Assembly (NCBI GenBank): GCA_031258225.1
Contig: JAIRND010000066.1
Location: forward strand, 1-57,357
DNA length: 57,357 nt
Source of the DNA: Treponema sp.
Lineage (GTDB): Bacteria; Spirochaetota; Spirochaetia; Treponematales; Breznakiellaceae
Direction: 5' to 3'
The translations under genes were made by a program, and so were the position numbers. Below the pieces are notes generated by a model, which saw only the letters and a list, made by a program, of their open reading frames with translations, was not told the DNA's origin and did not search any database. This document shows positions 7,951 to 16,364 of this stretch, one piece after another; within the stretch, counting starts at the first letter, position 1; each line of letters opens with the position of its first letter.

Positions 7951-9249
7951 ATGAAAAAGGTATACAGTAAAATCGAATCCATTACCGGAAGCGTTATCAC
8001 GGTCCGGGCCGACGGGGTCCGCTACGGGGACCTGGCGGAGGTGGATACCGTGTTCGGCACCTCCTTGGCGGAGGTAAACCGGCTGCAAAACGATCTGGTT
8101 TCCCTCCAGGTCTTCGCGGGGGGCCGGGGTATTTCCACCGGCGACACGGTCCGCTTCCTGGGCTACCCCATGCGCGTGTCCTATTCGGAGAACCTTATGG
8201 GCCGGGTCTTCTCCGGCTCAGGCGAACCCCGGGACAAGGGGCCGGCGCTCCGGGATAACCTTATCCCCATCGGCGGCCCTTCGGTGAACCCTTCCCAGCG
8301 CATCATCCCCCGGAAGATGATCCGCACGGGAATACCCATGATCGATCTTTTCAACACGCTCGTGGTGTCCCAGAAACTGCCCATCTTCTCCGTATCCGGG
8401 GAGCCCTACAACGATCTGCTGGCGCGGATCGCCATGCAGGCGGAGGTTGACGTGATCGTCCTGGGCGGCATGGGACTCAAGTACGATGACTACCTCTTCT
8501 TCAAGGATACCCTGGAAAACGGCGGCGCCCTCTCCCGGACGGTGATGTTTGTCCACACCGCCAGCGATCCCACGGTGGAATGTCTGATGATCCCCGACAT
8601 GTCCCTGGCCGTGGCGGAGCAGTTCGCCCTGCAGGGCAAAGACGTGCTGGTACTCCTTACCGACATGACCAACTTCGCCGACGCGATGAAGGAAATTTCG
8701 ATAGTTCAGGAGCAGGTTCCCTCCAACCGGGGCTACCCCGGGGACCTCTACTCCCAACTGGCCAGCCGTTACGAGAAGGCCGTGGACTTTGATACCGCCG
8801 GTTCCATCACGATCCTGGGGGTTACGACAATGCCCGGCGACGACGTAACCCACCCGGTGCCGGACAACACCGGTTACATCACGGAGGGCCAGTACTACCT
8901 CAAAAACGGCCGTATCGAGCCCTTTGGTTCCCTGTCCCGGCTCAAGCAGCAGGTCAACGGCAAGACCCGCGCCGACCACCGTGCCCTTATGGACGGCATG
9001 ATCAAACTCTACTCCGCCTACCGGGACACGCTGGAAAAGAAGGCGATGGGCTTTATCATGACCGCCTGGGATGGCAAACTCCTCAAATACGGGGAGTCGT
9101 TCGAGCGGCAGATGATGGACCTTTCGGTGAATATCCCGCTGGAACGGGCGCTGGACCTGGGCTGGGAGATCCTGGCCGACTGTTTCAGCCCCGAAGAAAC
9201 GGGCCTGCGAACGGAACTTATCAGCAAATTCTGGCCCAAAAAGGACTAA
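7951..9249 (+). CDS. atpB: V-type ATP synthase subunit B
   Basis: 432 aa. Typical B-subunit motifs ([20 protein letters not shown]). Confidence 0.95.
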   Translation: MKKVYSKIESITGSVITVRADGVRYGDLAEVDTVFGTSLAEVNRLQNDLVSLQVFAGGRGISTGDTVRFLGYPMRVSYSENLMGRVFSGSGEPRDKGPALRDNLIPIGGPSVNPSQRIIPRKMIRTGIPMIDLFNTLVVSQKLPIFSVSGEPYNDLLARIAMQAEVDVIVLGGMGLKYDDYLFFKDTLENGGALSRTVMFVHTASDPTVECLMIPDMSLAVAEQFALQGKDVLVLLTDMTNFADAMKEISIVQEQVPSNRGYPGDLYSQLASRYEKAVDFDTAGSITILGVTTMPGDDVTHPVPDNTGYITEGQYYLKNGRIEPFGSLSRLKQQVNGKTRADHRALMDGMIKLYSAYRDTLEKKAMGFIMTAWDGKLLKYGESFERQMMDLSVNIPLERALDLGWEILADCFSPEETGLRTELISKFWPKKD

Positions 9250-9253
9250 GGCC

Positions 9254-9856
9254 GTGGCAAAGATAAAGCTTACCAAGAACGAGCTGAAAAAACAGAAGGA
9301 CTCCCTTAAAATGTACCGGCGTTACCTGCCCACCCTGATGCTGAAAAAACAGCAGCTCCAGGCGGAAATACGCATCACCGAGGTCCGCATCAAGGAACTG
9401 GGGGAGGAAAAGGAGCGGCTGGACGAACTTTTCAAGGTGTGGATCGCCGTTTTTGGGGAAACGGGGGTCTTTACCCCGGAGATCCTCAGGATTGTCCGCA
9501 TAAAAACAGCCCAGGGCAACATCGCCGGCGTCCCCATTCCCCTGTTCGAGGGGGCCGAATTCGAGACCGCCCCCTACGATCTTGTCCTTAGTCCCCTGTG
9601 GCTGGACCTTGCCGTGGAAAAACTCAAGCAGGCCTTCCTCATCGATCTGGAAAGCGAGGTGGTGGAGGAGCAGCGCCGCAGGCTGGACCATGAACTGCGT
9701 ATTACCACCCAGCGGGTAAACCTGTTTGAGAAGATCAAGATCCCCGAAACCAGGGGGAATATCAAGAAGATACAGGTCTACCTGGGGGATCAGCAGACCT
9801 CCGCGGTTGTGCGGGGGAAGATCGCCAAGACCGGATTAGAGAGGGCCGTTCAATGA
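9254..9856 (+). CDS. atpD: V-type ATP synthase subunit D
   Basis: GTG start. N-terminus KLTKNELKKQKDSLKMYRRYLPTL. 200 aa. Confidence 0.85.
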   Translation: MAKIKLTKNELKKQKDSLKMYRRYLPTLMLKKQQLQAEIRITEVRIKELGEEKERLDELFKVWIAVFGETGVFTPEILRIVRIKTAQGNIAGVPIPLFEGAEFETAPYDLVLSPLWLDLAVEKLKQAFLIDLESEVVEEQRRRLDHELRITTQRVNLFEKIKIPETRGNIKKIQVYLGDQQTSAVVRGKIAKTGLERAVQ

Positions 9857-11787
9857 TTTTGCCCATGAAAAAGGTTTCCCTGGTGGTTATGGAAAAGACC
9901 AGGGAAGAGTCCTTAACAAAACTTAGGGAACTGGGGCTTGTTCATCTGGAGCGGAAGAACGTCGCCTCCGAATCCCTTTCAAAACTCCTTGACCGGAAAG
10001 CCAGGATCGAAAACGCCCTGGGGATCCTCCGTCCCTACGAGGCGGAGATGAAAAAGACCCAAGGGGGGGCCCCCCAGTCCGCCGTCCCCAGGGACCAGGT
10101 CCCCCGGCGGCGGTCCAGCGATCTGCTGCGCCCCGAAGACGCCTTTTATTCAACTGACGCGGTGAACACCCCGCCGCGCCCCGATCTGGTCGCCCTGATC
10201 CTGGAGTACGCCGACCAGCGGAAATCCCTGCAGGACCGGATGGCCGCCCTGTCCAGGGAACGCAGCCGCGTGGAGGAGTGGGGCGATGTTAAGAGCGGGG
10301 ATTTCGCCTGTCTGGAGGAACGGGGGATCATACTTATCCCTTACAAACTGTCTTCACGGTCTTTCGCCGCCCTGCCGCGGGATATCCCCTTCATACGGTT
10401 GGGGGAGAACAGGAATTCGGTGTATATCCTAAGCCTGGGCGTGGAGATCCCGGGCGAAACGCCCTTTGCCTTGCCGGAATATTCCCTGGGCGAGATTGAC
10501 AGCCAACTGGAAACGATACGGCTGGAGGCGGCGGATATTGAAAAACGCCTCCTCTCCCTGGGCTCACGGACGACGATTCTGGAAACGGAGGGGAAGACCC
10601 TGCTGAAACAGATCGAATTTGAGACCGCCCGCCTGGGCATGGACAGCCTGGAGGAGGTCCCCCCGGAGCGGAGCGTGGCCTGGATCACCGGTTTTATCCC
10701 CCAGGAAGACCTGGGACGCCTTAAAAGGGCGGCCGTGGAGAATTCCTGGGCGCTGGCGGCCTCCGATCCCGGGCCGGACGATGCGGTTCCCACCAAACTC
10801 AAGAACAACAGGCTGGCGGCCCTTATTACCCCGCTCACGGAATTTCTGGAAGTGGTGCCCGGCTATAACGAGGTGGATATTTCCGGCTGGTTCCTGTTCT
10901 TCTTCGTGGTCTTCTTTGGGATGATCTTCGGGGACGCGGGCTACGGCTGCCTCCTCTTCGGCATGGGCCTGGTCGCGGCCCTGAAAACCGCGAAAAAGGG
11001 GGTTCCCCAGGCCGTCAAGATGCTGCTCCTCCTCAGCGCGTCCAATATCCTGTGGGGGGTCCTTACCTGTACCTGGTTCGGCGTCGATCCGCTCAAACTC
11101 CCGGCCTTTCTGAAGGGCATTGCCCTGCCCCTTATTTCCGGGGCGGTCTCGGCCCAGGGGCCGGAGGCCAAGGCCCTGGTCGATCAGAACCTCATGATCT
11201 TCTGTTTCTCCCTGGCCCTGCTCCAGCTTTCCATCGGCCACATCATCGGGATAGGGCGGAACCTTAAAGCCGGTTCCCCGCGTTTCCTGGCGGACCTGGG
11301 GAACGTGGCCATGCTGGCGGGGATGTACAACGTGGTTCTTTTCCTGGTGGTAAGCAACGACGCGCGGCAGATCCCCCTGCTGCCCCTGGGCGTTTACGCC
11401 ATTATCGCCGGTTTTGTTCTGAACTTTGTATTCGCCAACTACGAGGGCAGCGTCGGGAAATCCGTCGTGGAAAGTTTCAAGAACATCATTTCCGTGGTCC
11501 TGGGAATTACCAACGTGTTTTCCGACATTATGTCCTATATCCGGCTTTGGGCGGTGGGACTGGCGGGGGCGTCAATCTCTTCCACGGTAAATACCCTGGC
11601 CGGTCCCCTGCTGGGGAACTTTCTGGTGTTTTTGGGGATCATCCTCCTGGTCTTTGGCCACGGGCTTAACATCGCGCTTAACGTGCTTTCGGTGCTGGTC
11701 CACGGGGTCCGGTTGAATACGCTGGAGTTCTCCAGCCATGTGGGCCTGGCCTGGTCGGGTACGGCGTATAAGCCCTTTTCGGAGTAG
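9853..11787 (+). CDS. atpI: V-type ATP synthase subunit I (a-type membrane subunit)
   Basis: 644 aa. Cytoplasmic N-half plus a multi-TM C-half ending RLNTLEFSSH. ATGA overlap with atpD. Confidence 0.9.
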   Translation: MILPMKKVSLVVMEKTREESLTKLRELGLVHLERKNVASESLSKLLDRKARIENALGILRPYEAEMKKTQGGAPQSAVPRDQVPRRRSSDLLRPEDAFYSTDAVNTPPRPDLVALILEYADQRKSLQDRMAALSRERSRVEEWGDVKSGDFACLEERGIILIPYKLSSRSFAALPRDIPFIRLGENRNSVYILSLGVEIPGETPFALPEYSLGEIDSQLETIRLEAADIEKRLLSLGSRTTILETEGKTLLKQIEFETARLGMDSLEEVPPERSVAWITGFIPQEDLGRLKRAAVENSWALAASDPGPDDAVPTKLKNNRLAALITPLTEFLEVVPGYNEVDISGWFLFFFVVFFGMIFGDAGYGCLLFGMGLVAALKTAKKGVPQAVKMLLLLSASNILWGVLTCTWFGVDPLKLPAFLKGIALPLISGAVSAQGPEAKALVDQNLMIFCFSLALLQLSIGHIIGIGRNLKAGSPRFLADLGNVAMLAGMYNVVLFLVVSNDARQIPLLPLGVYAIIAGFVLNFVFANYEGSVGKSVVESFKNIISVVLGITNVFSDIMSYIRLWAVGLAGASISSTVNTLAGPLLGNFLVFLGIILLVFGHGLNIALNVLSVLVHGVRLNTLEFSSHVGLAWSGTAYKPFSE

Positions 11788-11801
11788 GCTTTGGTAGGCG
11801 T

Positions 11802-11905
11802 GCGGCGCTTCCGCCGTCTCGCATAGGAGTTATCATCGACACGTTGTGTTGATAGTTGGTTGGACATAGGCGGCGTTTCCGCCGCCTTAACTAGGAGTTA
11901 CCATG
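11802..11905 (+). repeat. duplicated GC-hairpin plus TAGGAGTTA Shine-Dalgarno module upstream of atpK
   Basis: 11802-11837 and 11870-11905 are 27/36 identical. Each has a CGGCG/CGCCG-type hairpin followed by TAGGAGTTA. Only the second copy ends in ATG; the first ends in ATC. Confidence 0.7.
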
Positions 11906-12340
11906 AATTTAGGATTGTTAGGTGCCGGTCTTGTAATGGGTATCGCCGCGGTTGGCTCGGCGATTGGCATCGGTATCGCCGGCCAGGCGGTAATCGGCGC
12001 GTGGAAGAAGTGCTATATCGCCAATAAACCCGCGCCCATGACCCTGCTTGCCTTTGGCGGCGCGCCCTTAACCCAGACCTTCTACGGCTTTATCCTGATG
12101 ATGCAGATGAAGACCGCGGCCTTGGCAAATACGAACAACCAGTGGCTCTACCTTGGGTTCGGGTTGGCCTCCGGCCTGGCGATGGCCTTTTCCGCCATTG
12201 CCCAGGGCCAGGCGGGCGCGGCGGGCGCCGATGCCCAGGGTGAAACCGGCAAGGGCTTTACCCAGTACATCGCCATCGTCGGTATCTGTGAGACCGTTGC
12301 CCTGTTCGCCATGGTCCTTTCGATGATCAGTCTGGGTTAG
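11903..12340 (+). CDS. atpK: V-type ATP synthase subunit K (proteolipid c-ring)
   Basis: 145 aa, Gly/Ala-rich, four-helix hydrophobic protein. Last gene of the operon. Confidence 0.9.
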   Translation: MNLGLLGAGLVMGIAAVGSAIGIGIAGQAVIGAWKKCYIANKPAPMTLLAFGGAPLTQTFYGFILMMQMKTAALANTNNQWLYLGFGLASGLAMAFSAIAQGQAGAAGADAQGETGKGFTQYIAIVGICETVALFAMVLSMISLG

Positions 12341-12360
12341 CGTCGAATACGTTTGCGGCC

Positions 12361-13494
12361 TTGGCAGACGCGACCCGGACCATAAAAATAGGCGGCTTTG
12401 ACCATGTTAAGGCCGTCTATCTCGGCGGCGGCCGGCCGCCGGTCATCCAGACCATGTGGAAGGACCGCCTCTCCGCCGGGGACCTTGCCGGCGCCCGCGG
12501 GGAGGAGATCGCGGCCCGCGTAGGCCGTCTTGGCGCTATGGGCTGCGGCCTCCTCCGTTTTGCCGTCCCGAACCTGGAGGCCGCCGAAACCCTGGGGGAA
12601 CTGGCCTCCCGTGTCAGTCTTCCCCTGGTGGCGGATATCCACTTCGATTACCGGATTGCCCTCCGCTGCCTTGATTTTCCCATCGCCAAAATACGAATCA
12701 ACCCCGGCACTATCGGCAGACGCGATAAGGTGGAAGCCGTCCTTGCCGGGGCAAAGGAACGGGGCCGGCCCATCCGCGTCGGGGTCAACGCCGGGAGCCT
12801 CCCCCAGGATCTGCGCCTCCTGGTGGAGCGGGGGGAGATGGACCGGAGCGGGGCCCTGGTGGAAGCCGCAGCGCGGGAACTGGAGATCTGCCGGGAATTC
12901 GGTTTTTTTGACTGCCTTGTCTCCATGAAGGCGTCCGGAACTGCCGATACTATACGGGCAAACCGGTTGTTTACCGGCAGGGGATATTCCCTGGACGGCG
13001 GCGCGGTTCCCCTCCACGTGGGCGTAACCGAGGCGGGCCCCCTGGTGGCGGGGGTGGTACGCAATACCGCCGCCCTTTTGGATTTACTGGCCGCCGGTAT
13101 CGGCGACACCATCCGGGTTTCCCTTTCGGACAGCATGGAGAACGAGGTAATCGCCGCCAGGGAGATTTTGGGCCTGCTTCCCGGGGGCCGTGGCGGAATA
13201 CCCGGCGTAACCATCGTGTCCTGCCCCCGCTGCGGCAGGAACAGCTTCGACACCCACGGTTTTACCGCTCGCTGGCTGTCCCGCCTGTACAGCCTGCCCA
13301 AACACGCCACCGTGGCCATCATGGGCTGTGTGGTGAACGGCCCCGGGGAGGCGCGGCAGGCGGATTTGGGGATCACCGGAGCGGGGGACAAGGTTTTGCT
13401 GTTCCGGCACGGCGCCGTTATCCGGACTGTCCTGGCGGACGAGGCGGACGAGGTTTTTCGTGAGGAACTGGAAAAACTTGAGGGGATGTCCTAA
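12361..13494 (+). CDS. ispG: 4-hydroxy-3-methylbut-2-en-1-yl diphosphate synthase
   Basis: Motifs VADIHFDY, IRINPGT, VGVNAGSL, SCPRCGR, GCVVNGPGE. TTG start as in the ORF track. Confidence 0.93.
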   Translation: MADATRTIKIGGFDHVKAVYLGGGRPPVIQTMWKDRLSAGDLAGARGEEIAARVGRLGAMGCGLLRFAVPNLEAAETLGELASRVSLPLVADIHFDYRIALRCLDFPIAKIRINPGTIGRRDKVEAVLAGAKERGRPIRVGVNAGSLPQDLRLLVERGEMDRSGALVEAAARELEICREFGFFDCLVSMKASGTADTIRANRLFTGRGYSLDGGAVPLHVGVTEAGPLVAGVVRNTAALLDLLAAGIGDTIRVSLSDSMENEVIAAREILGLLPGGRGGIPGVTIVSCPRCGRNSFDTHGFTARWLSRLYSLPKHATVAIMGCVVNGPGEARQADLGITGAGDKVLLFRHGAVIRTVLADEADEVFREELEKLEGMS

Positions 13495-13503
13495 TCTTGT
13501 ACA

Positions 13504-13670
13504 CTAGGAGCCTGTGGGACTTGTGGATTTTTGCGGCCTTTGACCGCAAAAATCTCCGATTTTCGGGCTCCTTTGGGAGTCTGCAAGGTAGAAAACGCGC
13601 AATTTTGCGCATTTTCTTTATCATTTGGGCTAAAGCCCCACAGACTCCTGGGGGGCCGGCTGTATGCCGT
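13504..13670 (+). repeat. complete unit of the mosaic hairpin-rich intergenic repeat (candidate ncRNA, REP/BIME-like or MITE-like element)
   Basis: Left arm 13504-13518 is complementary to 13637-13651. Hairpins at 13525-13555, 13591-13616 and 13627-13638. Core 13565-13590 is 23/26 identical to 57304-57329. Left 31 nt (13504-13534) are 26/31 identical to 57242-57272. Confidence 0.85.
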
Positions 13671-13728
13671 GTCTCAAAATTTTTATGGGGACCGTCCAGG
13701 GGTTAAGCGGTCCCGCAAGGGGTTATGA

Positions 13729-14226
13729 ATGAAGAAGAAATTATTGTTGGTCTGTGTGGTCGGACTTTTGGCCGCCAACGTTTTCGCGGACCATCCCGGC
13801 GGCAAGCTGGGTGTGGGTGTCTTTGGCGGCGGCGGTAGTTCCACCGCCGCCGGGGGCCGCGGCAGTCTCGGCCTCAGCCTCAAACTGTCCGGTTTGCCGC
13901 TCTTTTGGGGCGTTACGGCGTACTTTGGCGATCCATTTTTGATGAATGTTTCGGCGGACTACTACCTTATCGACGACGACCTGGTAAAGGACGGCTCGTT
14001 CAACCTGGACTGGTTTTTTGGCATAGGCGGCTTCGGTCGTTTTTATATCAGCAGCAATGACTTTGCCGTCGACTTGGGGCTCCGGTTGCCCATAGGTCTG
14101 TCCTGGCATATCATCAACAATGTGGAACTGTTCGCGGACGTGGTACCGGGTCTGGGGATTAGCCTGCAGGGCAATCCCCTGGATTGGACCTGGGGAGGTG
14201 AATTGGGGCTCCGGCTCTGGCTCTAG
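13729..14226 (+). CDS. small secreted protein, probable outer-membrane beta-barrel
   Basis: Signal peptide MKKKLLLVCVVGLLAANVFA. Gly-rich with alternating amphipathic strands. C-terminus ends ELGLRLWL. Confidence 0.55.
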   Translation: MKKKLLLVCVVGLLAANVFADHPGGKLGVGVFGGGGSSTAAGGRGSLGLSLKLSGLPLFWGVTAYFGDPFLMNVSADYYLIDDDLVKDGSFNLDWFFGIGGFGRFYISSNDFAVDLGLRLPIGLSWHIINNVELFADVVPGLGISLQGNPLDWTWGGELGLRLWL

Positions 14227-14233
14227 TTCCGGC

Positions 14234-15373
14234 ATGAAGTTAGGGAGGCGCTGTTGTACGTTTATCTTCGTTGTTCTGGGGGTCGTATGCGCCCATGCCC
14301 AGGAGGAACGGCCCTGGTGGTACCTCATGGAGCGTGGGAAGCTGTACTTCCGGCAGGGAGATTACGGCAGCGCCCTCCTGTCCTTTGAGGATGCCCGCCG
14401 GCAGCGGTATGACCGCTATGCCGGCATGGAAAAGGATTTTATCAATTTTTTGTCGCTCCCCGAAGTGCGGGCCATAGGGGATTCCCTGGATCTGGTTGAC
14501 AGGTATGCCCGGGAACGGAACTACGTGGATGTGCGGCGGGCTCTGGACGAGCTGTACTACCGCTTCCCCCAGGATGATCTGGGGAATTCCGCCATTAGGG
14601 CCCTTGAGGAACTTGGCAAATTCAAGGATTACCCGGAGGCGGAGTACTGGATAGGGGAAGTCTACCGGGTTGAAAGTGAACTGGGCCTGGCCCTGGGGCA
14701 GTACCAGAAGGCCCTGGGCCTGAGCGCCCGCTTTGAGGACCCGAATTTTGAACTCGATCTGCTCTACAAAGTGGCGGACCTGTACCGGGCCCGTCAGGAT
14801 TTTGGCCTTATGGAGGAGACCCTCCTAAAAATTGTGGAGGGAAGCAATACCCTGGGCCAAGCCTGGGATCCCCTCTGGTCGGGAAGTTCCGGCGAGTTTA
14901 CCAGAAATTCCATGACCCGGACCCTGGGTAATTCGGGCCCCGCCCGTTTTCTTGTCATGTACCGCTACCACAACGGTTCCGTGGAGCGGGCCCACCGGCT
15001 TCTGGGCTTGTATTACTACGCCTTTAACCGGTACAACCGGGCGGCCGAACACCTGATGTTCGCCTTTCTTATCCAGAATTCGGTACTTATCGAGGAAGCG
15101 CGGCGGGACCGTTACGACTTTGTGTTTGAATCCCTGGAGAATCTGGCGGACAGCCTGGGGCGAAGGACCGACCTTCTTGACTACATGAACACGTCGGAGT
15201 ACTACCGCTGCGCCTACTACCTGGGAAACTCCCTCTACGGCATCGGCAGGGTAAGTTCCGCCCGGAGTCTGTGGAGTTTTCTTGGCGGCAGGGAATTAAT
15301 TGGGGAATGGCGCGCCCTGGCCCTTGCCCAGCTTGAGCGGCCCTCCGTGGAAAACCCCGTGGACGGGTCCTGA
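14234..15373 (+). CDS. secreted TPR-like repeat protein
   Basis: ORF 14120-15373. ATG 14234 gives signal peptide MKLGRRCCTFIFVVLGVVCAHA. Helical-repeat motifs such as GDYGSALLSFEDA and AEYWIGEVY. Confidence 0.6.
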   Translation: MKLGRRCCTFIFVVLGVVCAHAQEERPWWYLMERGKLYFRQGDYGSALLSFEDARRQRYDRYAGMEKDFINFLSLPEVRAIGDSLDLVDRYARERNYVDVRRALDELYYRFPQDDLGNSAIRALEELGKFKDYPEAEYWIGEVYRVESELGLALGQYQKALGLSARFEDPNFELDLLYKVADLYRARQDFGLMEETLLKIVEGSNTLGQAWDPLWSGSSGEFTRNSMTRTLGNSGPARFLVMYRYHNGSVERAHRLLGLYYYAFNRYNRAAEHLMFAFLIQNSVLIEEARRDRYDFVFESLENLADSLGRRTDLLDYMNTSEYYRCAYYLGNSLYGIGRVSSARSLWSFLGGRELIGEWRALALAQLERPSVENPVDGS

Positions 15374-15449
15374 ATTCACCTTGACAGCCGGCCTTGGTCC
15401 GTAGTAGGGTTATCACCACAATCAAACGCCAAATGGCAAGGAGATTACC

Positions 15450-15620
15450 ATGGCCCAGGCCAGTAAAAACTCGCGCACGGGAAGCGCCACTCAGAAATTT
15501 ATCTGTTCCTGCGGGGGCGAGGTCAAGATGAAGACCCTTTTTGAGAACGGAAAGGTAAAAAACGTCGCCGAGTGTGAAAAGTGCAAGCGCCTTGAGCGCC
15601 GTCCTTCGGATTTCAAATAG
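15450..15620 (+). CDS. 56-aa zinc-ribbon-like small protein (below the ORF-track cutoff)
   Basis: My own translation: MAQASKNSRTGSATQKFICSCGGEVKMKTLFENGKVKNVAECEKCKRLERRPSDFK. AAGGAG at 15438-15443 lies 6 nt before the ATG. Cys pairs CxC and CxxC. TTGACA at 15381-15386 upstream. Confidence 0.5.
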   Translation: MAQASKNSRTGSATQKFICSCGGEVKMKTLFENGKVKNVAECEKCKRLERRPSDFK

Positions 15621-15696
15621 ATGAACCCGCGCCCAGGCGCGGTGTTTCAGGTGGAGCCCGCCCGGCGGGCCATTACGACAGGTGGAGGGTTTTCGT

Positions 15697-15972
15697 TTGG
15701 CAGTTAAGAGCAAATCCGCTGAAAAGCGACACCGGCAGAGCGAGGAACGCCGGCTCAGAAACAAATCGGCACGAAGCGCGGTCAGAACCAGTGTTAAAAA
15801 GTTTGTCGCGCTGGCACAGAAAAGAGAAACGGCGGAAGCGGAGGCGGCGCTAAAAGATATGATCAAGAAGATCGATACCGCCGCGGGAAAGGGAATCATC
15901 AAAAAGAACAGCGCCGCCCGTAAAAAGTCCCGGATGCAGCGGCTCTTTAATTCGATAAAGGCCGCCCAATAG
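15697..15972 (+). CDS. rpsT: 30S ribosomal protein S20
   Basis: AVKSKSAEKRHRQSEERR is a typical S20 N-terminus. TTG 15697 follows GGTGGAGGG. The ORF-track GTG 15682 is the alternative start. Confidence 0.9.
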   Translation: MAVKSKSAEKRHRQSEERRLRNKSARSAVRTSVKKFVALAQKRETAEAEAALKDMIKKIDTAAGKGIIKKNSAARKKSRMQRLFNSIKAAQ

Positions 15973-16019
15973 CCGGGCTCTGACGGTACTACGACCGTAG
16001 ACGCGGCGTGGTAAGCACA

Positions 16020-16364
16020 ATGGCATCTGGTAAGTATACCAAGGCGGATATTGTCGATTCCCTGTGTGAAAAAACCGGGATAAGCCGGAAGCGGGTACAG
16101 GCCGTTGTTGATTTGTTTATTGATGAGATAAAAAAAGCCCTGACACGGAACGCGTCAATTGAGTTAAGGGGTTTTGGTACGTTTGAGGTTAAACTCCGCA
16201 AAGGCCGTCCAAAGGCCCGGAATCCCAGAACAGGAGAAGAAGTGGCGGTTATTTCCCACGGTATCGCGGTTTTTAGGCCGGGCCAGGAATTACGGGAGGC
16301 CGTGTGGGACCGGGGACAGCCGGAAGCCGCCCCCGTACCGGATGATCATGAATCCGATTGCTAA
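16020..16364 (+). CDS. HU/IHF-family DNA-binding protein
   Basis: Motifs ELRGFGTFEV and RNPRTGEEV. ATG 16020 lies within ORF 16008-16364. Confidence 0.85.
   Translation: MASGKYTKADIVDSLCEKTGISRKRVQAVVDLFIDEIKKALTRNASIELRGFGTFEVKLRKGRPKARNPRTGEEVAVISHGIAVFRPGQELREAVWDRGQPEAAPVPDDHESDC

Noticed and set aside
13504-13651. Firm classification of the repeat as a TA-targeting (Tc1/IS630-type) MITE.
   Set aside because: TA precedes the left arm here and sits at the 57243-57244 junction. However, the right flank here is TG, and similarity between copies continues beyond the putative inverted repeats. No clean target-site duplication is seen, so this is kept as an alternative only.
13497-13728. ORFs of 69 and 65 aa inside the ispG-OMP spacer.
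   Set aside because: They run through the repeat element. The other copies carry indels and loop replacements that would break the frames, and there is no RBS.
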